Part shown: positions 41,890 to 54,156 of the stretch, piece after piece
How the letters are laid out: each line of letters opens with the position of its first letter
Numbering within the stretch: the stretch's first letter is position 1
From: an uncultured Methylomirabilota bacterium
Lineage (GTDB): Bacteria > Methylomirabilota > Methylomirabilia > Methylomirabilales > 2-02-FULL-66-22
Assembly: GCA_963705305.1 (NCBI GenBank)
Contig: OY970067.1
Location: 4,448,001-4,512,000 of the forward strand
DNA length: 64,000 nucleotides
Direction of reading: 5' to 3'
Made by a program: the position numbers and the translations under genes
The notes under the pieces: model-generated
Told to the model about the DNA's origin: nothing
Database searches by the model: none
Seen by the model: the letters and a program-made list of their open reading frames with translations, nothing else

Positions 41890-43479
41890 TCAGGCGCCCC
41901 CGGGCCGGCGCCCCACCCAGTCTGCGGCTGGGTACCCGGCGCGCCACACAACCGCCGCATATCCCACCATCCAGACCAGACAGGCCCACCCGAGCACGTC
42001 CCCGTAGCGGGTGTACGGGGTCGTTCCCAGGCGGGGTCGGATGGTTCCCACCAGCACGGCCTCGGTGAAGATCGGAGTCTGAGCCAGGATCTCCCCCGTC
42101 GGCGCCACCACGGCCGTCACCCCGGTGTTGGCGGCCCGCACCAGGTAGGTGCCGTTCTCCACCGCCCGCATGGCCGCCATGGCCAGGTGCTGGTAGGGGG
42201 CCCCGCTCCGCCCGAACCAGGCGTCGTTGGTGATGTTCACCAGCAACTGGGCGCCCCGCTCCACGAACTCCCGCACCTCGGCCGGGAAGATTGCCTCATA
42301 ACAGATCATCACGCTGAAGCGCAGCCCGTCCAGCGAGGACACGGTCGCCGTGCGTCCCCGGCCGAAGTCGCCGATGCCGTAGGCGAGCTTGTGGACGAAG
42401 AACAGCAGCGACTGGAGCGGCACGTACTCGCCGAAGGGCACCAGGTGCCGCTTGTCGTACCGGCCCAGCAGCCGTCCATCCGGCGCGACCAGGAAGGCCG
42501 CATTGTAGAGCAGCCGGTCCTCTTCCAGGTCGGGGCTCCCGATGACATTCGCGACGTGCGTTTCCTGAACGATCTGCACGACGCGCTGGCCCAGGGCGGC
42601 GTCGTAGCGCAGCAGGAATGGGACCGCCGCTTCCGGCCAGACGATCAGCTGCGCGCCATCCGCGGCGGCCTGACGGGCCAGCCTCTCGTAGATATCCAGG
42701 GTAGCCTGCTGGTAGGTCGGGCTCCACTTCTCTGCCTGGTCGATGTTCCCCTGGAGCAGGCCCACCCGGAACGGGGCTCCTCCGGTCACATCCCGCCAGA
42801 CGCCGTGGGCGTATCCGACCGTGACCAGGATCGCCAGGACCGCCCCCGCCGCCGCTCCCGCTCCCCGCCAGCGCTCCCGCCTGGCCCCCCCGCGGAGCGT
42901 CGCCTGGGCCAAGTCGGCCAGCGCGGCGTTGACCAGGACCAGAAGGAACGAGATCCCGTACACCCCGGTGGCCGCCGCCAGGAGCCGGACCGTCGGCTGC
43001 CGGTACTGGGTGTATCCCAGCAGGGCCCAGGGGAAGCCGGAAAAAAGATACGTCCGCAGAAACTCCAGCCCCGTCCACAGCGCCGCCGCCGCCCACGGCC
43101 AGAGGGCCCGGGAGAGGTGCAGCCGCTCCCGCCCCAGGCACCACAGCCAGGTGAAGGCGGCCACGTACGCCGCCAGCACCCCGCACAAGAGCAGCAGCAC
43201 ACTCACACTGAGGGCCAGGGGCATCCGGCCGTAGGCGGTCATGGTGTTGATGACCCACCAGATGGCGGCGAGGAAGAAGGCGAGCCCGCCGAGATACCCC
43301 AGCGCCGCACCGCGCCAGGGCGGGAGCCCGTCCACGGCCAGGAGCAACGGCACCAGCCCCACAAAACCCAGCCAGCCCAGGTCCCAGGGGGGAAAAGCAG
43401 CCGCCAGGACGAGCCCGCTCAGAATCGCCAGGCTCAGACGCATGCCGAGAGCAGCGCCCGGGCTGCGACCCGTCTCCAT
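41890..43479 (-). CDS. lnt: Apolipoprotein N-acyltransferase
   Basis: GFPW, QGNI, WPEAA, YDKRHLVPFGEY, ICYE, NITNDAWFG, RAANTG. Confidence 0.95.
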   Translation of the reverse strand: METGRSPGAALGMRLSLAILSGLVLAAAFPPWDLGWLGFVGLVPLLLAVDGLPPWRGAALGYLGGLAFFLAAIWWVINTMTAYGRMPLALSVSVLLLLCGVLAAYVAAFTWLWCLGRERLHLSRALWPWAAAALWTGLEFLRTYLFSGFPWALLGYTQYRQPTVRLLAAATGVYGISFLLVLVNAALADLAQATLRGGARRERWRGAGAAAGAVLAILVTVGYAHGVWRDVTGGAPFRVGLLQGNIDQAEKWSPTYQQATLDIYERLARQAAADGAQLIVWPEAAVPFLLRYDAALGQRVVQIVQETHVANVIGSPDLEEDRLLYNAAFLVAPDGRLLGRYDKRHLVPFGEYVPLQSLLFFVHKLAYGIGDFGRGRTATVSSLDGLRFSVMICYEAIFPAEVREFVERGAQLLVNITNDAWFGRSGAPYQHLAMAAMRAVENGTYLVRAANTGVTAVVAPTGEILAQTPIFTEAVLVGTIRPRLGTTPYTRYGDVLGWACLVWMVGYAAVVWRAGYPAADWVGRRPGGA

Positions 43480-43483
43480 TCCC

Positions 43484-44275
43484 TCACACCCAGCCGAGCC
43501 ACGCCAGCCCGTACAGGACCGGACCCGCGAAGATCACGCTGTCCAGGCGATCCAGAACGCCTCCGTGGCCGGGAATCAGGCCCCCGCTGTCCTTGACGCC
43601 GGCGGCCCGCTTGACTGCCGATTCGCACAGGTCGCCCAGCATGCCGGCGACGGCCAGGACGAGCCCGATCAGGATGGCGTGTCCCCAGGCAAAACGCGGC
43701 CAGATCCATGGCCTGCCTAGCGCCGCCGCCGCCACCGTCGCCGCCGCGCCTCCCAGGGCCCCTTCGACCGTTTTCTTGGGGCTGAGCCGCGGGGCCAGCG
43801 GGTGCCTGCCCAGGGCTCTCCCCACGTAGAAGGCCCCCGTGTCTCCCGCCCACGTCGTCAGGGCCAGGAAAAAAATGAACTGCCGCCCGTCCGGCAGGTC
43901 CCGCAGCAGCGCCACGCTGCCCAGCAGGCCGCCGGCATAGGCCGTCCCCAGGACCAGCCAGGCCGCCCGCTGCACGCCCGTCCCGAACTCGGCCCGTCCC
44001 AGGGCGCCCCACAGCAACGCCCCAACCACGAGGACGGCCGCCACGACGGCCACCCCGTCCCGGAGCATGGCCGCCTGCCAGGCCACGGCCGCCAGCGCCG
44101 TCGATATCCGAAGCGCCGGCCGGTCGCCGGCCGGGCAGAGCCCGGCAAACTCCCAGGCCGCCAACGCCACGGCGAGACCGATCAGCAGGCTGAACTGGAA
44201 GGGGGAGCCGAACTGGACCAGCAGCAGGAATGGCACGACGAGAACTACGGCGCTCTGTATGCGTTGGCGTTGCAT
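43484..44275 (-). CDS. cdsA: Phosphatidate cytidylyltransferase
   Basis: DTGAFYVG, SPKKTVEG, KDSGGLIPGHGGVLDRLD. Confidence 0.95.
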   Translation of the reverse strand: MQRQRIQSAVVLVVPFLLLVQFGSPFQFSLLIGLAVALAAWEFAGLCPAGDRPALRISTALAAVAWQAAMLRDGVAVVAAVLVVGALLWGALGRAEFGTGVQRAAWLVLGTAYAGGLLGSVALLRDLPDGRQFIFFLALTTWAGDTGAFYVGRALGRHPLAPRLSPKKTVEGALGGAAATVAAAALGRPWIWPRFAWGHAILIGLVLAVAGMLGDLCESAVKRAAGVKDSGGLIPGHGGVLDRLDSVIFAGPVLYGLAWLGWV

Positions 44276-44329
44276 CGTCTCGTCGTCCGCCAGGCCGAAC
44301 CCCGCCCTGACCCGAAAGACCCCTTGAAT

Positions 44330-44412
44330 CGCCATGACGCCAAGATCACCCCTTTCAATTTCGAACTTCGAGCTTCGAAATTCGAATTTTCCCCTGGCGC
44401 CTTGGCGGTGAG
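44330..44412. repeat. Heptamer block nested inside 9-mer-type inverted arms
   Basis: CGCCATGACGCCAAG...[TTTCAATTTCGAACTTCGAGCTTCGAAATTCGAA]...CCTGGCGCCTTGGCGGTGAG. Confidence 0.65.
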
Positions 44413-44429
44413 GTTCCTTCGGATTGGGG

Positions 44430-44984
44430 CTAGAACTCCATGATCTCTTTTTCCTTCTTCGCCAGGAGGTCGTCCAGCCCCTTGATCATGCGGTTCGTCA
44501 ACTCCTGGATCTGGTCGGCCCCCTTGCGGGCGTCGTCCTCGGAGATCTGCTTGTTCTTCTCCTGCTTCTTCAGGGAGTCATTGGCGTCCCGCCGCAGGTT
44601 CCGGATCGCCACGCGGCCCTCTTCGGCCATCTTCCGGACGACCTTCACCAACTCCTTCCGGCGCTCTTCCGTGAGCGGCGGCACGGCCAGACGGATCAGC
44701 TTGCCGTCGTTGTTGGGTGTGATCCCCAGATCCGACTTCAGGATGGCCTTCTCGATGGCCGAGACCGCCGAGGGGTCCCACGACTGGATCGTGAGCAACC
44801 GGGGCTCGGGCGCCGCCAGGCTCGCCACCTGGTTGAGGGGCGTCAGGGTGCCGTGGTAGTCGACCTGGATGCCCTCCAGCAGCGCCACCGAGGCGCGACC
44901 CGTCCGGACGCCGTTGAATCCCTTGAGGGCGGCCTCCAGGGCATGCTTCATTTCCTGCTCGGTCTTGCGGATGACATCCTGCAT
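44430..44984 (-). CDS. frr: Ribosome recycling factor
   Basis: RTGRAS, PPLTEERRKELVK, KEKEIM. Confidence 0.97.
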   Translation of the reverse strand: MQDVIRKTEQEMKHALEAALKGFNGVRTGRASVALLEGIQVDYHGTLTPLNQVASLAAPEPRLLTIQSWDPSAVSAIEKAILKSDLGITPNNDGKLIRLAVPPLTEERRKELVKVVRKMAEEGRVAIRNLRRDANDSLKKQEKNKQISEDDARKGADQIQELTNRMIKGLDDLLAKKEKEIMEF

Positions 44985-44990
44985 GATCGC

Positions 44991-46658
<1,668 letters not shown>

Positions 46659-46662
<4 letters not shown>

Positions 46663-47480
46663 GCGGACTCCTTGTGTGTGTCGGGATCGGAAATCGGCGG
46701 GACCGGCGCCGCAGCGGGCGCCCCGCCGCCCGCCGCCGGGGCTGCGCCGGCCAGCATGGCCTGCTCCATCTCCGTCTCGGCCAAGCCGGCCTTGGCGGCC
46801 TGCCCCCGTCCCTCGATCACAGCGTCGGCCAGCCGCGAAGTGATCAGCCGGATGGCGCGAATGGCATCGTCGTTGCCCGGGATGGGGTAATCCACCTCGT
46901 CCGGATCGCAGTTGGTGTCCACCACCGCCACCACCGGGATGGCCAGCCGCCGGGCCTCCCGCACGGCGATCCGCTCTTTCTTGGGGTCGATGACGAAAAC
47001 GGCGCCCGGGAGCTGCTCCATGCCCTTGATGCCCACCAGGGCGTTGTTGAGCTTTTCCATCTCCCGCTCCAGGCGGAGGACTTCCTTCTTGGAGAAGGCC
47101 TCGAACTTGCCGGTCGCCTTCATGTCCTCCAGGAGCTTCAGCCGGGAGATGCTCTTGGTGATGGTCTGGAAGTTCGTCAGCGTGCCCCCCAGCCAGCGGC
47201 GGTTGACGTAGAACATGCCGGCCCGCCCCGCCTCTTCCTGCACGGCGTCCGCGGCCTGCTTTTTCGTCCCGACGAACAGGACGGTCTCCGCCCGCGCCGC
47301 CAGATCGCGCAGGAACTCCTCGGCCTCCTGGAACCGCCTCAGGGTTTTCTGTAGGTCGATGATGTAGATGCCGTTCCGCTCGCCGAACAGGAACTTCTTC
47401 ATTTTCGGGTTCCAGCGCTTGGTCTGGTGCCCGAAGTGGACGCCCGCCTCCAGCAACTCCTTGATGCTCATCCCGCTCAT
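46659..47480 (-). CDS. rpsB: 30S ribosomal protein S2
   Basis: [36 protein letters not shown]. Confidence 0.97.
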
Positions 47481-47493
47481 CCGACGCCTCCTT

Positions 47494-47579
47494 CCGGGTT
47501 GTTCCGCCGCGCGCTTCATGCCGCGGCAGCGCCCCGCCCCCCGGCGGGACACCCCTGCCGCGCTCTGCGCGCGTGTGAA
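47494..47579 (-). ncRNA. rpsB leader (t44/S2 autoregulatory RNA)
   Basis: Minus strand CACAC...GGGGUG-hairpin...AUG...AACCC layout, as in the known rpsB leader, directly 5' of rpsB. Confidence 0.7.
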
Positions 47580-47610
47580 ATAGGCTTGCCGCGACGGCAA
47601 GCCGTTGTCT

Positions 47611-47640
47611 TTTATATCATAGCGCTCGCAAAACCGGCAA
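47611..47640 (-). promoter_or_regulatory. rpsB promoter (extended -10)
   Basis: TTGCCG-18-TATAAA with TGn immediately before the -10. Confidence 0.55.
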
Positions 47641-47717
47641 GCGCTTTCCCGGCGCGCCGGGCACCCATCCACTCACCGCCAAGACGCCAAGAGAACTGTC
47701 TGGAACGGACAGAACCC

Positions 47718-47937
47718 TCAGCAGGCCACCGAAATACCCGTTTCGCCCAGGCTGCTCAAAAAGGCCCAGATGTCCCTCGACATCGCTCGGGACCGTGAGC
47801 CTGTCGAACGGCAAGGCGGCGTCACCCATCCTAAGGGATGGGTACCCGGCGAGGTGCGAGGCGTACCTCGCTCGTACGTTACAGCGCCGCGCGAGCGCGC
47901 CAACGCTGCAGATGGGCCTTTTTCAGCGGCCTGTTAG
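47718..47937. mobile_element. MITE-like element, copy 3, with a nested 39-bp insert
   Basis: Colinear with copy 1; insert at 47773-47811; right end supplies the argJ stop. Confidence 0.8.
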
Positions 47938-49160
47938 GTCCGGTATCCGGCGTTGATCCGCACGTAGGCCTCGCTCAGGTCCGTGGTCCAGAGGCGGGCC
48001 GCCCCGCGCCCCGCCTGAAGGTCGACGACCAGGGCGAACTCGTCCTGTGCCAGCCGCTGATTTGCCGCCTCCTCGGCAGCCGTCCCCAGACTCATCCCCC
48101 GGCGCACCACGGGGAGCTCGTCGACGAACAGCGCCACCGCGGCCGGATCGAAGTGGGCCCCCGAGCGGCCCAGGGCCGCCATCACCCGGCCCCAGTTCAT
48201 GTCCGCTCCGAAGAGCGTCGTCTTGACCAACGGGGAGTTGGCGACCGTCTCCGCCGCCCGTCGCGCCTCCCGCGCGCTGCGGGCCCCCCGCACCCGGACC
48301 TCGACCAGCTTGGTGGCCCCCTCGCCGTCGCGGGCGAGCATCTTGGCCAGGCTGAGGCAGACCAGCTCCAGCGCCTGTTGAAACGTGCGGAACCCCGCCG
48401 TTCCCCGGCGGAGCGGCGGCGCCCCCGCCGCTCCCGTGGCGAAGCAGAGGAGCGTGTCGTTGGTGCTGGTGTCCCCGTCCACGGTGATACAATTGAAGGA
48501 CTGCTTCACCGCCCGGCCCAGGGCCATCTGGAGATCGGCCGGCCCGACCGCGGCGTCGGTGGCCACGACGGCCAGCAGCGTCGCCATGCAGGGCGCGAGC
48601 ATCCCCGAGCCCTTGGCCATGCCCCCGACTCGCACCTCGCGGGGCCCCACGGCAAAGGCAACGGCGGCCTCCTTGGAGACGGTGTCGGTGGTGAGGATGG
48701 CGCGGGCCGCCTCGGCCCCTCCATCGGGCGCCAGCCGCTTCGACGCCGACCGGATGCCCGCCCGGATCGCAGCCATATCCAGGGTCCGTCCGATCACTCC
48801 CGTGGACGCCACGAAGACCTGCCCGGCCGGCCGGCCGAGCGCGCGGGCCGCCTCGCGGCACGTGGCCTCGGCATCCCGCAGCCCCTGCGAGCCCGTGCAG
48901 GCATTGGCATTGCCACTGTTCAAAACCATGGCGGCGAACCGGCCCCCGCGCAGCCGGCGCCGCGACACGATGACGGGGGCGGCCTGCACCCGATTGGTCG
49001 TGAAGACGGCGGCGACTGTCGCCGGACGATCGGACACCACCAGCGCCAGATCCGGCTGGCGGTTCTTCTTCAGGCCGCAGGCCACGCCCGCCGCACGCAC
49101 GCCGGCCACCGCCGACAGACCTCCGGGAATGCCGAAGAGGCAGACATCTTTGCGCGCCAT
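47934..49160 (-). CDS. argJ: Bifunctional ornithine acetyltransferase/N-acetylglutamate synthase
   Basis: NSGNANACTG, STGVIG, KGSGMLAPCMAT, DGDTSTND, RDGEGATK. Confidence 0.96.
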   Translation of the reverse strand: MARKDVCLFGIPGGLSAVAGVRAAGVACGLKKNRQPDLALVVSDRPATVAAVFTTNRVQAAPVIVSRRRLRGGRFAAMVLNSGNANACTGSQGLRDAEATCREAARALGRPAGQVFVASTGVIGRTLDMAAIRAGIRSASKRLAPDGGAEAARAILTTDTVSKEAAVAFAVGPREVRVGGMAKGSGMLAPCMATLLAVVATDAAVGPADLQMALGRAVKQSFNCITVDGDTSTNDTLLCFATGAAGAPPLRRGTAGFRTFQQALELVCLSLAKMLARDGEGATKLVEVRVRGARSAREARRAAETVANSPLVKTTLFGADMNWGRVMAALGRSGAHFDPAAVALFVDELPVVRRGMSLGTAAEEAANQRLAQDEFALVVDLQAGRGAARLWTTDLSEAYVRINAGYRT

Positions 49161-49169
49161 ACCACTCTC

Positions 49170-49346
49170 CTAGCACGCTGCTGAAAAAGGCCCACCTGCC
49201 GCGTTGCACCCCTCCCGTGGCGCTGCGGCGTACGCTAAGTACGCCTCCGACCCACCTCCGGTGGGTACCCCGCGGATCGGGCTGCGTCTTGCATCTGGAC
49301 CTTTTTGAGCAGCCTGACCGAAAATAAGTTTTCAGCAGCCTGCTAG
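49170..49346. mobile_element. MITE-like element, copy 4 (opposite orientation to copy 1)
   Basis: CTAGCACGCTGCTGAAAAAGG...TTTTCAGCAGCCTGCTAG. Confidence 0.8.
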
Positions 49347-49371
49347 AGGAGGCCGCCCCCCGCAGGCGGCA

Positions 49372-50446
49372 TCACGGAAACAAGCCGGGCAGCCAGAGTC
49401 CGGCCTGCTCTTCCAGACCCGCCATGAGATTCAAGCACTGCACCGCCTGGCCGGAGGCCCCCTTGACCAGATTATCGATCGCCGTCACGATGATCGCCCG
49501 CCCGGTGCGCGGGTCCGAGACCGCTCCGACATCGCACAGGTTCGAGTGCAGAACGTGCTTCGTCTCGGGGAGCCGCCCCTCCTCCAGGATCCGCACAAAC
49601 GGCCGTCCCCGGTAGAAATCCCGAAAGATCGCCAGCAGATCCGCCGTCGAGCGCCGGCTCTGGAGCGAGGCCGTGATGGTGGTGAGGATGCCCCGGGTCA
49701 GCGGCGCCAGATGGGGGGTAAAGGTCACCGTGACCGCGCGCCGGGCGAGACGGCTCATCTCCTGCTCGATCTCCGGCGTGTGGCGGTGCCTGGCCACGCC
49801 GTACGCCTTGAGGTTCTCGTTGGCTTCGGAGAAATGGGTCGCCAGCTCGGCCTTGCGCCCGGCCCCGGAGACCCCCGAGATCGAGTCGATGATCACCGAG
49901 TCCACATCCACGACCCCGCCGTGAATCAGGGGGGCGAGGCCCAACAGGGCCCCCGTGGGATAGCAGCCGGGGACTGCTACCAGTCCGGCGGCGGCGATCT
50001 CCTCGCGGTGCAGCTCGGCCAGGCCGTAGACCGCGTCCTGCAGCAGGTGGGGCGCGGCATGCTCCATCCCGTACCAGGCCGGATAGGCAGCCGGATCCTT
50101 CAGCCGGAAGTCGGCGCTGAGATCCAGCACCCGCACGCCCCGCCCGACGAGATCCGCCCCTACCGCCATGGACGTTCTTGTGGGGCAGGGCCAGGAAGAC
50201 GAAATCCGCCTGGGCGGCCAGGGCGGCCGGGTCCAGCGGAAGACAGGGCAGATCCAAGAATCCGGTCAGGCTGGGAAAGACTCCCGCGATGGGTTGGTTG
50301 GCGTGCGTATCCGCCGTCAGCGCCATCACGCGGGCCGCCGGGTGCCGGAGGAGCAGCCGGAGCAGCTCGACGCCCGTGTACCCGCTGGCCCCCGCGATGG
50401 CCACGCGGACCGTCCCTTCCGATCCGGCATGCATCACCACGCTCAT
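49372..50446 (-). CDS. argC: N-acetyl-gamma-glutamyl-phosphate reductase (+1 frameshift near 50176)
   Basis: IAGASGYTG, FLALPH, then in the shifted frame DLSADFR, PGCYPT, SGVSGAG, HRHTPEI, DNLVKGASGQA. Confidence 0.92.
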
Positions 50447-50522
50447 CCCCCTTGCCGGCCGCCTCACCCGCGCGGCCCGGGCCGGGCCCGGGATCCTCCG
50501 GCTGGCCGGCCGGCCGGAGGGG

Positions 50523-50559
50523 AAAAAGAAAAAGGGAAGGACCCGCAGGCCCTTCCCTT
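50523..50559 (-). terminator. Intrinsic terminator after rpsI
   Basis: AAGGGAAGGGCC-TGCG-GGTCCTTCCCTT followed by TTTCTTTTT on the minus strand. Confidence 0.85.
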
Positions 50560-50578
50560 CACCCACCGCACCGTTCGA

Positions 50579-50974
50579 TCACCGCTTCGAGAACTGGAAC
50601 CGGGCCCGGGCCCCCTTCTGACCGTATTTCTTTCGCTCTTTCACGCGGGGATCGCGCGTAAGCATGCCGGCCTTCTTCAGGCCAGATCGCATCCCGTCTT
50701 CGACGGTGAGCAGCGCCCGCGCGATGCCCAGGCGGATGGCCCCGGCCTGGCCGCTCATGCCGCCGCCGCTCACGGTGGCGATCACGTCGAACTTGCCTTC
50801 CACGCCTGCCACTTTGAGCGGCTGGGCCAGCTGCATTGTGAGTGCCTGGCGCGGAAAGAATTCCTCCACGGGGCGCTCGTTCACCCGGATGCTGCCCGGC
50901 CCCGCCTGGAGCCAGACGCGCGCCACGGACGCCTTTCGGCGCCCGGTCCCGTAATATCGCGTCGTCGATTCCAT
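50579..50974 (-). CDS. rpsI: 30S ribosomal protein S9
   Basis: [23 protein letters not shown]. Confidence 0.97.
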   Translation of the reverse strand: MESTTRYYGTGRRKASVARVWLQAGPGSIRVNERPVEEFFPRQALTMQLAQPLKVAGVEGKFDVIATVSGGGMSGQAGAIRLGIARALLTVEDGMRSGLKKAGMLTRDPRVKERKKYGQKGARARFQFSKR

Positions 50975-50995
50975 ACCCTGCGCACTCCCCTCGGG

Positions 50996-51430
50996 CTAGC
51001 TGCCACTCGCCTCCGCGCTCGGACGTTGCGCCGCGTGCGGATGGGCGGACCCTGCGTAGACCTTCAGCTTTCCGAACTGGGCGTCCCCCAGGCGGTTCTT
51101 GGGGAGCATCCCCCGGACCGCACTCTCCAGCACGCGCTCCGGCTTTTCCTGGAGGAGCTTCTCCAAGCCGATGGACTTGAGCCCGCCCGGATACTGGGAG
51201 TGGCGGTAGTAGGTCTTCTGGCCCATCTTCTTCCCGGTCACCACGACCTTCTTCGCGTTGATGACAACGACGAAGTCGCCCACGTCCGTGTGCGGAGCAA
51301 AGACCGGCTTGTCTTTTCCCCGAAGAATCCTGGCGACACGGCTGGCCAACCGCCCCAGCGTCTGCCCCTCGGCATCCACCAAGATCCAGCGCCGGGGAAT
51401 CTCTCCCGTCTTTGGTTGATACGTCTTCAT
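50996..51430 (-). CDS. rplM: 50S ribosomal protein L13
   Basis: [29 protein letters not shown]. Confidence 0.97.
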   Translation of the reverse strand: MKTYQPKTGEIPRRWILVDAEGQTLGRLASRVARILRGKDKPVFAPHTDVGDFVVVINAKKVVVTGKKMGQKTYYRHSQYPGGLKSIGLEKLLQEKPERVLESAVRGMLPKNRLGDAQFGKLKVYAGSAHPHAAQRPSAEASGS

Positions 51431-51482
51431 CACAAGGCGGCTCCTCACGCATACACGCGACAGATTGGTTGCGAACCGCGGA

Positions 51483-51511
51483 AGTATACGGGGGGCTCAC
51501 CACCTTGTCAA
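51483..51511 (-). promoter_or_regulatory. Sigma70 promoter of rplM-rpsI
   Basis: TTGACA-17-TATACT. Confidence 0.8.
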
Positions 51512-51976
51512 GGATCAACTGCATTGTTTGGAAACACATCCATTTCCCCGGCCGAAGCAAGCGAGGCGTTTGCGCCTCCCCCCACTCTGGGGTACCATGC
51601 CCGCGGGGTCGAGTCGCGCGACGGTCGGGGGCTCGCAGCACCGCTTCCGCTCTGCAGCTCCGGCGATCGTGCGGGGGGGGCATCATGCAGTTCTCCACGG
51701 CGGACGTCGTCGCTCCCGTTGCGGGGGGGCGTCCGCGTCCTTTCCTTCGCCCGCCCAGCTCAGGCGCCGAGCCCCCGCAGCCGACCGCCCTCTTCATGCA
51801 GGATTCTCGCATCCGTCCCTTCCACCCGGCAGCGCCCCGTTCGGACCCCCGAGCGGGCCGGTCTCACGATAGGGCCGCGTCCCCCCGCGTCCTGCGGCTT
51901 CCGTCACGGTTGGGGAGACGCCCCGCTTCAGGATCGAGCGAAAGCTAATAAGATGACGAGCAAGAGGGAGAGATCC

Positions 51977-53155
51977 ATGGCCGACCCCGAAAAGCCGAAA
52001 AGCCCGCACGCCAGTCTGGACCGCGCCCATTTTCCGCAACTCCTGGAGGTGCTCCGCGCCAAAGGGTACGGGGTGGTGGGCCCCACCCGGCAGGACGGCG
52101 CCATCATCTACGATGTGCTGACGAGCGTGGAGGACCTTCCCATCGGCTGGACCGACGACCAGGACGCCGGCACCTACCGCCTCAAGCGGCGCGCGGACGA
52201 CCTCCTCTTCGGCTACGCCGCTGGCCCCCACTCCTGGAAGAAGTTCTTGAACCCGCCGGTGCGGCGCCTGTGGCAGGCCACGCGGCACGGCACCGCCTTC
52301 CAGATCGCCCCTGAGCAGGAGGAATCCGCGCCGCTGGCCTTCCTGGGCATCCGCCCGTGCGATCTGTACGCCCTGGCTGTCCAGGACGCGATTCTGGCCC
52401 GGGGAGCGCACCCGGATGCGCTCTACCGGGCGCGTCGGGACCGGACCTGCGTGATCGCCGTCAACTGCGGGCAGGCCGGCGGGACGTGCTTCTGCGCCTC
52501 CATGCAGACGGGTCCCAAGGCGACGACCGGCTTCGATCTGGCCCTCACCGAGGTCCGCAGCCGGGAGCGGCACGTCTTCCTCGTCGAGGTCGGAACCCCG
52601 CTGGGGGCGGAGATCCTGGAGGCGATTCCCCACGAGCCGGCCGGGGACGAGCTGCATACCGCCGCGGAACGGCTTCTCAGCAAGACCGCGAAGCAGATGG
52701 GGCGCAGCCTGGACACCGCCGACTTGCCGGCCCTCCTCTCTCGCTCCCATGACCACCCCCACTGGGAGCGGGTGGCGGCCCGCTGCCTGACCTGCGCCAA
52801 CTGCACGCTGGTCTGCCCGACCTGTTTCTGCTCCACGGTGGAGGACGTCACGGACCTCACGGGGCGGCAGGCCGAACGGCAGCAGAAGTGGGATTCCTGC
52901 TTCACCATGGATTTCTCCTACATCTATGGGGGCAGCCTGCGTTATTCGGCGGCCGCCCGCTACCGGCAGTGGCTGACCCACAAGCTGGGGACCTGGGAGG
53001 CCCAGTTCGGGACATCCGGCTGCGTGGGCTGCGGACGCTGCATCACCTGGTGTCCGGTCGGGATCGACATCACGGCGGAAGCGCGCGCCATCCGGGAGGG
53101 CGACCAGGCGGCAGCGGGAACGCGCACGAAGGCGGAGAGCCGCGGCCCGCACTGA
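51977..53155 (+). CDS. Group 3b [NiFe]-hydrogenase (sulfhydrogenase) beta subunit, 4Fe-4S dicluster
   Basis: [16 protein letters not shown] and [15 protein letters not shown] 51977 with RBS. Confidence 0.88.
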   Translation: MADPEKPKSPHASLDRAHFPQLLEVLRAKGYGVVGPTRQDGAIIYDVLTSVEDLPIGWTDDQDAGTYRLKRRADDLLFGYAAGPHSWKKFLNPPVRRLWQATRHGTAFQIAPEQEESAPLAFLGIRPCDLYALAVQDAILARGAHPDALYRARRDRTCVIAVNCGQAGGTCFCASMQTGPKATTGFDLALTEVRSRERHVFLVEVGTPLGAEILEAIPHEPAGDELHTAAERLLSKTAKQMGRSLDTADLPALLSRSHDHPHWERVAARCLTCANCTLVCPTCFCSTVEDVTDLTGRQAERQQKWDSCFTMDFSYIYGGSLRYSAAARYRQWLTHKLGTWEAQFGTSGCVGCGRCITWCPVGIDITAEARAIREGDQAAAGTRTKAESRGPH

Positions 53156-53315
53156 CGCGCAGACGGGAGCGTGCCCGGTCTGCCGGGTCCGCGGAGGACC
53201 ACCATCTGGGCTGTGAACTCACGACGCGGGTTGCCGGGACCGCTCGGCGGGGACCCCCGGGCCACCCCAAGGCACTTCCTGGAGCAGGACGGCGCCCAGG
53301 CCGGAAAGGGAAGCA

Positions 53316-54155
53316 ATGAACGCCTCGCACACTGATTCGATGCTGCCACGCCTCCACGTCATCGATCGGCTCCGGCAGGAAACCCCTGACACCTTCACCG
53401 TCGAGCTCACCCCCTCGGATGGCGGGGGCGGCCTCCCCTTTGCCGCCGGGCAGTTCAACATGCTCTACCTATTCGGGGTGGGCGAGATCCCCATCTCCAT
53501 CAGCGGTAACCCGAGCCAACCCAACGTGCTCGTACATACGACACGCGCCGTGGGGACGGTCACCAAGGCCATGCGGCGCCTCAAGCCGGGTGACGCGCTG
53601 GGCGTCCGCGGTCCCTTCGGTACCCACTGGCCCGTCGAGGAGGCGGCGGGCAGCGATGTGGTGATCGTCGCCGGGGGGATCGGGCTGGCCCCCCTGCGCC
53701 CGGCCCTGTACCAGCTGGTGCAGCACCGCGAGCGATACGGCAAGATCGTACTCCTCTACGGCACCCGGAGCCCGGAGGACATCCTGTACCGGCGCGAGCT
53801 GGAGCGGTGGCGGGCGAAGTTCGACCTCGACGTGTTCGTCACCGTGGATCGGGCGACGGGCCGCTGGCGGGGCAACGTCGGGCTGGTGACGACCCTGATC
53901 CCGCGCGCCCCCTTCGATCCGTCCCGGGCGGCGGTCCTGGTCTGCGGCCCGGAGGTCATGATGCGATTCACGGTGCTGGAGCTCCAGAAGCGGGGCGTGA
54001 ACGCCTCCCACATCTATCTCTCCATGGAGCGAAACATGAAGTGCGGCGTCGGCCTGTGCGGCCATTGCCAGGTCGGGCCCGTGTTCATCTGCAAGGACGG
54101 TCCGATCTTCTGCTACGAGAGGATCGAGCCGCTCTTCGGAAAGCGAGAGCTGTAA
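53316..54155 (+). CDS. Group 3b hydrogenase gamma subunit (FAD/NAD(P)-binding, 2Fe-2S)
   Basis: [34 protein letters not shown]. Confidence 0.9.
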   Translation: MNASHTDSMLPRLHVIDRLRQETPDTFTVELTPSDGGGGLPFAAGQFNMLYLFGVGEIPISISGNPSQPNVLVHTTRAVGTVTKAMRRLKPGDALGVRGPFGTHWPVEEAAGSDVVIVAGGIGLAPLRPALYQLVQHRERYGKIVLLYGTRSPEDILYRRELERWRAKFDLDVFVTVDRATGRWRGNVGLVTTLIPRAPFDPSRAAVLVCGPEVMMRFTVLELQKRGVNASHIYLSMERNMKCGVGLCGHCQVGPVFICKDGPIFCYERIEPLFGKREL

Positions 54156-54156
54156 C

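Noticed and set aside
44276..44335. Possible uppS C-terminal remnant (MAIQGVFRVRAGFG)
   Set aside because: The similarity is too short and weak to support.
50168..53155. 995-aa ORF suggesting a giant hydrogenase beta subunit
   Set aside because: The first ~600 codons are antisense to rpsI/rplM and intergenic DNA; the real start is ATG 51977 with an RBS.
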